Of a DNA stretch of 64,000 nt, positions 25,073-36,856 are shown piece by piece (the first letter of the stretch is position 1; each line of letters begins with the position of its first letter). The DNA lies in contig OZ038378.1 in assembly GCA_964036045.1 (NCBI GenBank), positions 193,812,001-193,876,000 of the forward strand, in the 5' to 3' direction. The DNA comes from Eutreptiella sp. 'Long Island Sound 2002'. Taxonomy: Eukaryota; Protista; Euglenida. A program made the translations under genes and the position numbers. The notes beneath the pieces are model-generated. The model did no database searches and was not told where the DNA came from. It saw only the letters and a program-made list of their open reading frames with translations.

Positions 25073-28000
25073 CTGAGGAATGACCAGAGGGTGAAGGAGC
25101 GGTGTGGGGGATGAGCCCCATATCAATGCAAAATGCCTGTGGCCTGTGCAGGCGGGGGGGGGGGGGGGCGGCCGGGGGTTGTTCGAGCCCCTTCTCCAGA
25201 CCCCCCCCCCTCACTCCCTCAGGGCTCCTGTGACAGGGACCCCTGACTGGCCGACGGGGGAGGTTGGGGGCCGGGGGGTCCTGAGGCACCCCAACACATG
25301 TGCCTCAAACCGATCCCCACAATGCGCTGGTCATTGAGGGGGAAAAAAAGTTTTGAAAAAAGTTGCTTCTGGGCCGCTTTGCAGCCCCGGTGGTGAGTCA
25401 TCACTCGTGTTTAGACCGGCCTCTTTGGACTGGCCTGTCACGCAAGCCCCTTTCCAGACCCCCCCCCCCAAGCGCACAACCCAATTTTCCACCTGCCCAG
25501 GCCCTACTGGAGAAAGGGGGCACACAAAAAATACAACAAACAAATGGTGAAAAAATAAACAAACAATCAAGAATAATGCCATGAATAATAACAATAACAA
25601 TGAACAACAAATACTGAAAAAATTGAATCAACAATCATCAATCTGACATAGATTTTGATGATAAACAATAATAAACAACCAATGATACGAATAAGAAAAT
25701 GAGACATAAGATTGGTTTGTGTCATGACACTTGGGATGGCAGACGGTGTTGACCATCGATAAGCCACGAGAAGATTTCGCCACGGACCTTAGTGGCAAAC
25801 ATTTCCCCCTGCCCCCCCACCCCCCACCACCATCCTGTATATGGCAGGTGCCGACACAAGGGCAGGTAGTGTGTGGCACAGTGTAGGAGGCTACAGAAGA
25901 AGCACTGTGGGAAAGGTTCCATAAAGGCTGGTCGGATACCTGTGTTACACCCGGTGTACTGGTGTCTAGTGCCGGGTCATTGTGTAATCTGATTTTGTTG
26001 GTGGAGGTCATTTATGGGGGGGAGGGGGGCAGGGCAGCACAGGGGGGGGAGCGTCTGCAGGACTTGCACCTGCACTGGTGCGGCCTGCAGATGGGGCTCA
26101 AGGCCACCGCAGCCCCCTACCCCCCCCCCCACACACAACAGACCACCAGCGTTGTGTGGTGTGTGGGAACTGGGCAATCATGTCTTCCCCCACCGGCGCT
26201 GGGGCAGGGGATGCATCACCAGAGGGAAACAAACCTCTGCTGATCCCCATTGGAAATGCCCTGAAGAGGCAGTTCCGGTACAAGGGGAACAGGGGGATTT
26301 GGAAGGATCAATGTCATTGGCGACGTTGTGTGTGTTTCGTCGGATGCCAAAATCGTGCCCACAAAGGTTTCCCCACAATTTCCACAATGCTCCCCCGGTC
26401 CGTAGGCAGGTACTGTTGCGGTTTTGTTGGCAGGCAGTCTGTTCGTCAAATCTGCTCTGGTCAGTCATCGTAAAAAACGCTGGTGAGGTTTGTTCAAAGG
26501 GAAATGAGGCCGCTGGTCTTGACACTGCTGTTCCTTGCAATAGTGCCTGTGCCATCCTTTCCCGGGACTATTTGACAAGGCCCCAAAATTCGGAGGCGCC
26601 TAAATTTTCCTGCCCAAAAATCTGCTGACCCCCCCATCCCCCCTCCCTGGCGACCCACGTGTGTCAGTGTGCGATCGAAAAACTTTCGATTCAGGAGGAT
26701 GGACATGGAGGGGGGGGGGGGGGAGGGTGCAGAGTTTTGCTTAACAACTGAGCATCTCCTGGGGGGTAACCCCCGCCCAAGTGATTGGGCCAAATTTTTC
26801 TCAGGGCCTCTGGCAAGTCAAAATTTTCTTCGGCGCCTTTGGCGCCTCTGACAACTCAGGGTCTCCTCTGGGGGGTGTTCCCCCCAAGAGCCCCCACTCC
26901 CCCCCCCCCTTAAGCAAAACTGGGGGCGTTCCACGCACCGCGCCCGTCCCTTTGACGCGTCACCGACACCCACACTGCGTCTAACGATTGCGGCGGTGAG
27001 TCGGCAAGCCCCTTCCAACCCCATGGCCCAGGCCAGCCCTGCAGCACAATCTCCCCCCGGGCAGAGCAAAAGGGTGAACTTGGGCAAGCGGGCAGGCAGA
27101 CCTGTGCTTGAAGGGGGTGATGCACCCCACCAGGGCTTTTTTTACCCACAGGGGGGGGGGGCAAAATGGGAAAGGAGGCACCCCCTGTTGGCAGGCAGGC
27201 AGGCACAGCACTTGTCCCAGCCGCACGCCGGGGGGCTGGGGGGTAGAACCCAAGAGGCACCCACCCACCCACCAACCACCAAAACCAACCGTGTGCGGCA
27301 TTTTTCACACGCTCTATGTGCTGCGGGGACTTCAAGTGTTCCCGCATGGCATTGGCATAGTCAGAAATGTGCATGCCACATTTACACAGAACTTTCATGT
27401 TGAGCTGTCACAGGCAGCAAAATGGCTGCAGAGCAAAATGGGAGCAGAAGCGCAACACTCAGGTAATCTACTGCTTGGACCGAAAGGCAGCCTACCTACT
27501 ATGGACCCACCACCCCCCGGAGGGGGGGTCCCATCTGAAGGAGGCACCCATAATTTTGAAACCCCCCCCCCCGGGGGGGGGGAGGGTGTGCGGGGCACTA
27601 AAACAAGGCCTACACCCCACCCCACCCCTGCCTTGGGGATGCCTGTCAGTTGCACCCCAACTGCTTCTGTCCGGCCCTTTATGGCCCTGCAACCTGCCCA
27701 CATGGCTACCACAACCACTTTCCATCCGCCAGTAACCCCCGTGGCAACCGCTGTTTAATATGCTATTGCTTAGGGACCCGGAGGGGGGGAGGGGGGGCTC
27801 ACCAGCCCCAGCCAACCCACCCACCCACCCACCCACATCAGAAAAAATTTCCTGGGCCAAAAAATGAAATTTACCTAAGGGGCCGGAAATTTGAGGACAA
27901 TTGATGTACACAATTTTTTTTTTGGCCTCTGACCCCTCTCTGGTTTCTCCTTCAGCAATAGACTGCTCTTGAGACCTCCCTTCGGCCATCAAGTGCAGCC

Positions 28001-28654
28001 CCAGGCAAACCCCAGCGCCTAAGAGAGAAGCCTGTCACGGGTGTCGGAAATCCCTAACCCCCAGAAACCAGCACCCTCCTCCAATGCAACAGAGAGAGAA
28101 CTTTCTTGGGACCCACAACTGAGTGAAACAGTCCAACTCTGGATACCAGCAAGTGGTATGCAGCAGCATTTCCATCTGATAAGGGAAGCGGGTACCTGCA
28201 CGGCGCTCGCTGGGAGGACGGCGACGGCAACGACCCTTTGGGCCATTTAACAGGGCCGAAGCAAGCCTCTCCGAAAACTGTGTGAATCAGGGGGGGTGCA
28301 GACGGGGACCTTGGAACTTGCATCCTTGGAATGTTTCCTGAGCCCCCCCCTTGGAGACCGGGGTGCTCCAGCGTTTGTGAATGGCATGCCTGCAGCTGTA
28401 AATGCTGCAGCCAAATCGTCGCGTGCGCGCCCCCTCCCCCCCCCCATTATTAATCGGCTTGCAAAGCGGTCCGAGGTGCGCGTCAACATGTTCTGTACTC
28501 CGTGACTGCCTGACTGCCTGACGCCCGCATCTGTCGTGCTGTCCACTGTGTGTAGGGGTCTGAACCCATGACCACGACGAACCACCCGAAGTATTGGCCA
28601 GAGCTATTCTTTTCTCAACATCGTCCTCTACTGAACTCTGCCAACACCCATCTG

Positions 28655-28925
28655 CAGGGGTCCTTTTAAAGCGGGGGGGGGGGGCGGGGTGTCCACCCCC
28701 CTCCATGAGTTTTTAGAGACGCCGAAGGCGCCGAGGAAATTTTTTGGTCTAAACTAATTTGCGCCAAAGGCGCCAGACAAAATTGTTGATCGGCCAAAGG
28801 CCGGGAGGAAAAGCTGGCCGAATCTTGTAATGGGGGAGGGGTCCAGGGGGATGGGTGGGTGGTGTGAGACTCCCGCTATGGGACCCCCCTCCCCCAGTGG
28901 TGCCAAATTGTTAAAAGGAGCCCTG
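28655..28925. mobile_element. hAT-type MITE, family 4
   Basis: TIR caggggtccttttaa / ttaaaaggagccctg. Flanks cccatctg and ctcatctg (7/8 match). Confidence 0.75.
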
Positions 28926-29713
28926 CTCATCTGATCCTGAGTCCTCTGTACAACGTGAGGTGCCAAGTGAGCATCAGCATTCTTTACGTTGCACTGTGCA
29001 ACTCTGCATCCCCCGGGGGGCGCTGGGGGAGCATCAGCAATTTAATGATTACCTGCACTGGCTGTAGCTTGATGTATTGCATTCGATTGTGTGTTCACTG
29101 GTTGGTGTTGTGACAACGCGGGCGGGGGCCGCAACGTACCATAACTCAAAAGGATCGCCACGTTACGCCGCGTCATTTTGATCGTTTTGGGAGAATTCTT
29201 GGGGTGAAAAATGGGGGCGCCGGGGGGCATACGGTCGGGGCAGAGGGTTGCCAGTTGGTACTTCCAGTTCCAGGCTCTTTGGGTGCGCTTTGTGGAGGTG
29301 TGCCTCTGGACTGTGGCTGTTGAGAGGGGGGGGGGGGGGCGGTGGGGCTTGAGACAACCCCAAAAGTTTTCCGGCCTCTTCAAAAGCAATTCCGTAGAAT
29401 GCGCCAGGATGAGCACTTTGCAACTGTGGACAGTGCTGCTGGGTCCAGTGCACCGGTCATCACCTGTGCACCATCACTTGTGAGCCTTGCACGCGCCATC
29501 TAGCCATTGCACCCTTCAGCACAAGCACGCAGGCAGCGTCCTCTTCTTGTGGCCCTGGTCGCCCGTTCACAACTGACTTTCCAAAAAGGATCCAACCGAC
29601 GGCGGCCGTGGACCAACCACCCATTCGGACGGGACCTTCTTGACCCAAACCCCCGCCCACTGCACCGCGTGCCCTGGCCCCTCGTTGTCCCCCACCGGCA
29701 CGCGCCCACACAC

Positions 29714-30102
29714 CCGGCGGCGTACTGCGGCGTCTGCACCTTCATCCCCCCGGGCGACTGCCCCAACTCTCCCCCGAGGAGCCGCTCCCCCGCCGCCGGC
29801 CACCCGGCGGCCGCCCCGTCCAGACTCAACCGCCGGCCGCCGGGCACGAGGTCCGGCCCCCCCGGTCGGCCCCAGTCCACGCTCAACGGCCGGCCGCCGT
29901 TCGGGTGGGGGCCGTCCGCAGGCCACGCGGGGTCGGGCCAGGCCTCCGGTCGGCCGCCGTGGGGGAGGTCGATGCTGCGGGGCCGGCGGTCGGGCCGCGG
30001 GCGCTGCGCGGGGTCCGTGTTGAGGGGGGAGGCCCCGGCCACGGGGCTGCCGAGCCGCGTGGGGGTCGAGTACCGGTACGGCGACCCCGTTCCGGCGTGC
30101 GC
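29714..30102 (-). CDS. Gene B exon 6
   Basis: gtccgcacag|GCG. Strongly GC3-biased frame AHAGTGSPYRYSTPTRLGSP...VQTPQYAA. Donor GG|gtgtgt, phase 2 (exact donor uncertain). Confidence 0.7.
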
Positions 30103-30399
30103 CTGTGCGGACGAAACAAGGGGGCAGCGCAGGAGAGACGTGTTGGTCGCGGGGCGCTCCCGATGGCAGAGGGGGTGGCCATGAGGCCATGGAATGGCGG
30201 CCTGGGCTCCTCCGCCAGACCCAACCACACGCCCACATCAGAAAATTTTTCCTCGGCAAAAAAATGGAAGTGATCAAAGGGGCCCGAAATTGGAGGTCGA
30301 TTGTAGGTGCACAATCCATTTTTTTTGGCCTCTAACATCCCCCCCCCCCCCCGGGTAAAGGTCACGGTCGCCACTAAGCGGTGGCCTGGTGGCCGCTCA

Positions 30400-30610
30400 G
30401 AGGCTGTGCAGGTGGGCGCGTGCCTCCGGGGTACGCACAGGTTTGGGTTTGCGGAAGGAAATGGTCTGCATCGCGTGAAGAGGGAGCGGGACCGTCGTCC
30501 CTCTCCGCACAAGCGCTGCTGCGGCCCCTCGGCGTCCCTCCAACGCTGGCGCCGGCGGTACTTATACCCCGAGGACAACTCAACGCGCGTTTTCGGGTCG
30601 GGTCAGAAAG
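30400..30610 (+). pseudogene. Possible LINE RT fragment in a gene B intron
   Basis: LSAQALLRPLGVPPTLAPAVL...QLNARFRVG resembles the RT segment 'L..LG.P.......Y..L...FR'. GC-rich, with no usable splice phase for gene B. Confidence 0.3.
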
Positions 30611-30832
30611 GCGCGGCCGGCGGACAAACAGCGCGGACAGAGCCCCCGGAAGATTGCCCCCGATACAAAGGAAGAGCTGGAACGGGGGAGACGGGGACTC
30701 GGGTGGGGCCCTAAGTGTTACGCCTTTACACCTGAGCACCCCTCCCCCAAAGAAGAAGAAACCGACGGCACAATGCCTGGAAACGCTGCGCACCACCGAT
30801 GGCCAACACTCGGTGACCGCAACCCCCTGAGC

Positions 30833-31050
30833 CAGGGATGCATTGAAAGGGGGGGAGGCATCCCCCCCCCCCCTCCTCCAGGGCGCCCAGCTTATACCCA
30901 GCCGCTGTCTCCCTGACGGCAAGCGCCAGCTTCCATGGCATTTGTAACTGACAGTAACCGCCCCCAACCGCCTTGGCAACCTCCTCCGACCCTCTATCGA
31001 CCCGCCTCTGGGGCCGGCTGTGAGGTCCCTTTCCTTCCACTGCGTCCCTG
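30833..31050. mobile_element. Family-2 MITE, older copy
   Basis: Both TIRs and the core (ccactgtctccctgacggc...aaccgcccccaaccgc) are recognisable. No clean TSD. Confidence 0.75.
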
Positions 31051-31241
31051 CCCCGCCCGGTGTCTTGCTGTTTTAAGTGGTCCCCAAAAGAAACCAACGC
31101 AACATCTGGGCACACGTAGGCCCAACACAGCGTCACGAGGTCCGTCGATGCATCTCACGGCCTCCCGGAGCTTCTGCTGCGCCCCAGCCCCGACCCGACG
31201 CTCTCCCTTGGGCCATCGACCTCAGTCCCATGGGCACAGAC

Positions 31242-31412
31242 CTGACCCAGCGCATATCCGTTGGGGCAGCGCAAGGGCGACTGCGTCACGGGCGGGTTCG
31301 CATCCATCAGCCGCCGCCGATACGGCGAATCAGAGGCAGACGGGTGGGCGGCGGGGGGCACGTAGGACGGCAGCCCGGAGTTCGGGAATGGCTGGGCATA
31401 CCCCTCCTGCAC
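31242..31412 (-). CDS. Gene B exon 5
   Basis: tctgcag|GTG. Reads VQEGYAQPFPNSGLPSYVPP...YALGQ. Donor CAG|gtctgt, phase 0. Confidence 0.65.
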
Positions 31413-33421
31413 CTGCAGACGGGCGGTGCGGTGTGGGGGCCCTTCCAGTGCAGGGCGCCTTTTGCAAAGCCACGGCAGTACGCGGAGGGGCGGGCCAGGG
31501 GGGGGGGGGGGCAGCAGCGACATGTTAATTCAAATGATTCAAAACTTCAAACAACTCAACAGAGAGGGCGGCACTGATGTGCGTATGGGGCGCTCTAGGC
31601 CTTGCGAGTGAAGGGTCATCGTTCCGACCGTTTGTAGAGGTCTGCATGCGTAGGGAGCTCTGACCTGGACCCCCCCCCTCCGCTCCCGAAAAGCACTTTC
31701 GGCCCATTTCTATTTTTTTTTGGGGGGGGGGGCGGGGGGTCACGTATCAATCCGACCCCCCCCCCTGTGCCGGTCAAATCCTTTGCGATTCCGGGCGTAG
31801 TGGGGGACTATCTGTCACTGCTGCATCACCTGCACACACAGTGGCGGTCGGTCGCACGGAGCGCCAAGCCCCCCGGAGAGTGGCATTGCACTGCATGCCA
31901 CGGCACGGCACTGGCTCACAGCTACAGGCTTGTACCCTTCCCCCCCCAGGGATGCATTGGAACCCCCCCCCCCCCCCCAAGGGCGCCCAGCCTATGCCCA
32001 GCCACTGTCTCCCTGACGGCAACTGCCAGTTTCAATGGCATTTGTAACCGACAGTAACTGCCCCCAACCGCTTTGGCAACCTCCTCCAACCACCTATCAA
32101 AGCGCCTGTGGGTGTTAGACCACAACCTCACAGGCCCACACGTCAGGGAAACCGCCACATGCGCCCCTTTGGGGGCCACTTCATGTACCATACCCCAAGG
32201 GCTTCAAGTGTGGTGTAACCCCTTGTAGCAGCCTTGTTTGTTCCAATACAAATATCCTGCAACGTGTTTTTGGTTGGGAGCCCCCGAGGCCCTCCCTCAA
32301 TTTCAACCCACAGGATGGGGGGGGGGGGGAGGGGGTGGGGGGGGGGAGGGGGGGTACGGGGTTCGAAAAACGTCAAAAATTGAACCCCCGCCTTTGTTGG
32401 GTCGAAAATGGCGACTTAGTTCGGTTCTTCTGGACTTTGAGCCAAAAAAATGGTTTTGGGTCCCAACTCCATGGGGTTTGGTGAGGCAGGGTCGGGCGAG
32501 CGCTGGTGCGGTTTGTGCAGTTGTCAGCCATTGTTGCGACCCCTGGCGTGTTTGGGAGTGCCGAGGCCGTACAGGGGCGCTGAGGTCGAGTCCCATTGCA
32601 CCACTTCACAATGTTCAGCTCTTCACCCCTCAAGAACGCCCCTTCCTCGAAACTCGGGGGGAAAATGTAATTCATTGAAGGGTCCGGAGATCTGAGGCTG
32701 ATCGTAGGTAAACAAACGTTTTTTGGGGGGCCAACCCCCCCCCCCCAGGGCGCCCAGCCTATGCCCAGCCACTGTCTCCCTGACGGCAACTGCCAGTTTC
32801 ACTGGCATTTGTAACCGATAGTAACCGCCCCCAACCGCTTTGGCAACCTCCTCCAACCACCTATCAAAGCGCCTGTGGGTGTTACCGGCGGGGACCTCAA
32901 TAAGCAATGGTCTGCCTTTAGGTCAGGGCCATGGTAACCTGTAGGATAGGGTTGAGGAAAGGCGCCCCATGAGGGCAGGGAAGCCCAAGGGGTGGGGGGA
33001 AATTGGCTTGTGCCCACGGGGGGTCACGGATGTCCATTTCCCAAACCCCCCCCTTCTGGCCCGCCGTGACGGGGCAATGACAATCGGTATACACAGCCCC
33101 GGTCCCCCCCCTACCCCCATCTGACGAGATTTAAATATCAGAGAGTGGATAGCATAGTAAAAAAAAAAAAGGCTGAGCAAAGCAGACAATGAACACCATA
33201 CATAGGTCCTGTCACAGGTGTCCATTTTCCAAACCCCCCCCCCCCTCCTTCAGGCGACAGCTGTGACCCCCCCCGGGCGCAAGCCAATTTTCCAGATCCC
33301 AAGGTTGAGTTGTAGGATTGAGGTCTTGCTTTCGGGCTGCCTCACATTTTCAGGGGGTGTGCGACGCACCTTCACCCTGGAGACTACCACGTGGGAGGAA
33401 GGGGACTGCAGTTCCACATAC

Positions 33422-33486
33422 TTGACCGTGATGGGCGTCCTGCATTCCGTACGAAGCGTCGTGCCATCTTTGTGCCCCCATATGAC
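33422..33486 (-). CDS. Gene B exon 4
   Basis: gtgcag|GT completes phase 1. Reads GHMGAQRWHDASYGMQDAHHGQ. Donor CAA|gtatgt, phase 0. Confidence 0.6.
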
Positions 33487-34524
33487 CTGCACCGACGGAG
33501 CAGGGTCGGCTGGGAAGGAGGGGGGAGGGACGGAATGGGCACCACAAAACGCCACACGCGTGCAGATGCAAGCAGCGGGGGGGGGGGGGGGATGCAAGCT
33601 GAGACTGCAAAAAATGCGATGTAAAAAAATACAAATAAATGCATCTGCATGCCCCCTCCCCCCCCTGTCAAAATGTGTGGCCAAGTGAGGCCAGCGTCAG
33701 CAAGCATGCCCGAAGCGCAGGCGACCCAAACATGGAACAACGAATGCACGCCACAACCCGAACCCAGACTCAAGCGGCAGAATGGCCCAGGCGATAATGC
33801 CCTGAACCCAGAATCCATAGCCCTGATCCCAGCCATGGAGGGAGGGACTCGAACAATGGGACACGAACCAGGCCGGTGGCCAAAACATCGCACTGAGAAC
33901 TCAGTACGCAATGAAGGCCATGGGGCAGGCGTGGCTTGAGCGACAGTGACGGTTCCACACCTGACAAATTGCGGCCCGCTGTCAAAATGGTGCATGTGAC
34001 ACAAATTTGTCCCTAAATTGCCACATTAAAAGCAAACTGAAGGCAAGATAGATTCAAAAAAAAAATTGGAAGAAAAAATGCAGAAGATGCAAAACAAAGA
34101 CCGCTTCCTTAGGATGCAAAGCACCAAAGAAAAGCGTCCCTTGCAGAGCCAAGCAGCACCTTCAAAAAGTAAATGACCAACTTCTACACGACCTAAGAGC
34201 CTAAGACCACGACAGGCATGGCCCAGCATCTTCTTTCCCACGACAACTGGCTCATCAACATTGCAGTATTCTGCAGCTACTGGAAGCCAATGGGGGACCA
34301 TGATTGGTGCCGCCCATGGAGTCGTCACCCCCCATTCCACGGAGCTCGACAATGCGGGGAATCCTCCAACACATGCCCGAAGGCCCCCGACCCCCCACAC
34401 CCGTGGGTACCAGTGGCTAACTCGAAAAGGCTGAATGTGGCTGACCCCCGATTTGGCAACCGCCAACAAACTCGGCACGGTCGGGCCGCTGGACGGCTTA
34501 CGGCTGGCGTACAACACGACACAC

Positions 34525-34658
34525 CTGACCCTTGCTGCTGCTGGGATGGGTGCTCTTGCATGGATTGCAGGTGATGCCGTGCGTCGGCCTTCGACTGGGT
34601 GCGCATCGGGGAGTACTCGGCGGGCACGGCTGGCGATCCGAAGTGGTCGACCTCCTCC
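34525..34658 (-). CDS. Gene B exon 3
   Basis: ttcacag|G completes phase 2. Reads EEVDHFGSPAVPAEYSPMR...QQQQGS. Donor G|gtgtgt, phase 1. Confidence 0.7.
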
Positions 34659-35930
34659 CTGTGAACCGCAAAAACAGTCCATGGCGCAACGCATTGACAC
34701 TGTCCGCAGGGCAGAGCCACAATGAACTGCAACCTGGCCATTGCCATTTTGTGCAACAACCACAATACCGTCTTGTGGTCCCCACTGCGGGGAGGAATCG
34801 AATGGGCCATATAACTTGGAGTGCCCAAGTGGGGGGGGAATCAAAAAGGCTGCATAACCCTTGCTGTCTCAGGGCGCCACAGCAGGGAGAAATCAAATGG
34901 GCCATATTACCCCTGCCGTCTCGGGGTCCCCAAGAGGGGAGGAATCACAAAGGTGACATAACCCCTTCCGTCTCCAAGCATCAATTCAGCAATTCCCAAC
35001 TGAAATGGGAGTGTGGGAAGAATGGACCAAAAACACCCAAGTGCAAAGCTGTTCCAAAAAGTGTTCCTTACCAAGCTTTTTTGTTATCTCTGGTCAACCC
35101 TAGTAAAAAAATTTATTTTTTTTACCATGCACCACAATGTAGTGCAAACATAAATTGTCATTTTTACTATCTACGCACCAAGATGTAGTAAAAAATTTTT
35201 TGCTCCGTCCCAAAACGTAGTAAAAACACAAATGTACTAAAACAAACATCTACCTAGTAAAGGTGCAACACAGCAAAAAAAAAAAATACATGAAAAATTA
35301 TATTCGCTCGGCCTTGCTGCAGACCCGAGACTTACCCACCCAAAAAAAAGCTTCGCCCAATTGCCCACTGCCGAAAGTGCACACCTTTTGGCTGCAACCT
35401 GCTCTTGACAAGCGCTACTGCGCAGCGAAAAATTGTTTGCTATGCGTTGAGTTGTGCATATCGGCCCTCGCCTCTCCTATTTCGCCTCTATGGCAACCCC
35501 CACCCCACCCCGCAACTGCCCCTGTGTCACAATCCCCTCATCAGATGTGGTGGAGCGCACCCTCCGATTTTGCATCCTCGGGGAATCACTGAAACTGAAG
35601 GCTGCCAGCACAAGCTGTGGAGGTGGGGGGGAAGCAGCACTCGTGGGCAGGGGGACAACCGTCCCAATCATTTGCCAACAAACATTTCCGCACCCACAAA
35701 CAAAGTGGACATTTTCGTTTCCAAAATTTGAACAATTGTATACATCTGGAACTACTAACCGGCACACTTACTTCGCCTCGATGGCATATCCCCCCGCCTG
35801 CAACTGAACTTTTCCACTACCCTGAGGTGTTTTGCGTATCAGGGGAAAGGAATCAAGCGACCTTATGCTCCGATCGGTGCAACACAGAGCAGTAGCATGG
35901 GACTCTGGGGCCTGCAGTGCAGCCGCACAC

Positions 35931-36163
35931 CTTTGAGGTGCTCTTGAAGGACTATCAGTACCGCGATCCTTCTTCTTGCCCGAAAACAACCGCCGCAGGA
36001 TGCCGTTGTTGGAGCCTCGGCGTTCCTTTAGGCGCTTGCCTCCTTCCACAGGAGCAGGGGAGTGGTTCAGCGCTGCAGCATTAGTCAACCCATCGAGGAC
36101 CTCCAGGGGCTGAATGGGCTGAGGAACATGGTGAATCGATATGGCAGAAACATTATGGACCGC
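35931..36163 (-). CDS. Gene B exon 2
   Basis: T-rich tract then gtgcacag|GCG. Reads AVHNVSAI...GILRRLFSGKKKDRG...APQ. Donor AG|gtgtgc, phase 2. Confidence 0.7.
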
Positions 36164-36556
36164 CTGTGCACATGGCGCTCCCCAATGTCAAAAGAAAAGA
36201 AAAGAAACCAAAAAAGTGGAGACCACACACCATACATTAGTGATGTCCGGGCGGTAAGCAACGGCAGTCAAGCAACAGCAGTGAGGGTAACCGAAGCCGG
36301 TTGGAAGGTAACGGACTGACCGGGCGGTCGGAGGTAACCGAGGGCGTCTGTGAAAAGTGCCACCAAATCTAGTGGATCAACAAAGCATAAAAGCTGTGTC
36401 TTCCTGGTGTTGATCTCCACTCTTTCTGCTCTCCAGCACTCAGAATGGCCCCAGTGGAGGCTTCGACCCCCCTCTGCTGTTTTGGCGGGTACTGTGCAGG
36501 AGAAGGGCCTACACAGTGGCCTGGGTTTGCAGGAAAGACAGGCAGTGCAGGTATAC

Positions 36557-36835
36557 CTGGACCGATTCATAGTGACTGGACTGCGCATCCACGTCTTCGA
36601 ATTGTCCACCAAACTGCGCACCGTTCATGTCTGCCTGGAACCCATGTCCATTCAACGCCAGACCGCTGTGAGGCATGGGAGGCTTCCCCAAGAACATCTG
36701 GTGGTCTTGGATGGCGAGGTCAGTGGGGGCTGGCATTGAGTTTGAATTGTCGTAGGCATAAGGGTTGTCATAGAATGGAGTACGCCACGGGGAGTCGCCA
36801 CGCAAGGGTGCTATGGTTTGGGGCGCATGGAACAT
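36557..36835 (-). CDS. Gene B exon 1: Pro/Gln/Ala-rich coiled-coil protein of unknown function (11 exons, ~908 aa)
   Basis: ATG directly after ttgcccttctctcagccacag. Reads MFHAPQTIAPLRGDSPW...HYESVQ. Donor CAG|gtatac, phase 0. Confidence 0.65.
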
Positions 36836-36856
36836 CTGTGGCTGAGAGAAGGGCAA
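36836..36856 (-). promoter_or_regulatory. Polypyrimidine tract + AG directly before the gene B ATG (possible spliced-leader trans-splice acceptor)
   Basis: ttgcccttctctcagccacag|ATG. No upstream coding exon was found. SL trans-splicing is general in euglenozoans (inference). Confidence 0.35.

Noticed and set aside
26216-28440. Extra candidate exons for gene B (~26230-26400, ~28310-28410, 15-nt micro-exon ~26070)
   Set aside because: Exon 6 joins exon 7 in phase without them, and they lack the GC3 bias. They remain possible only as alternative exons.
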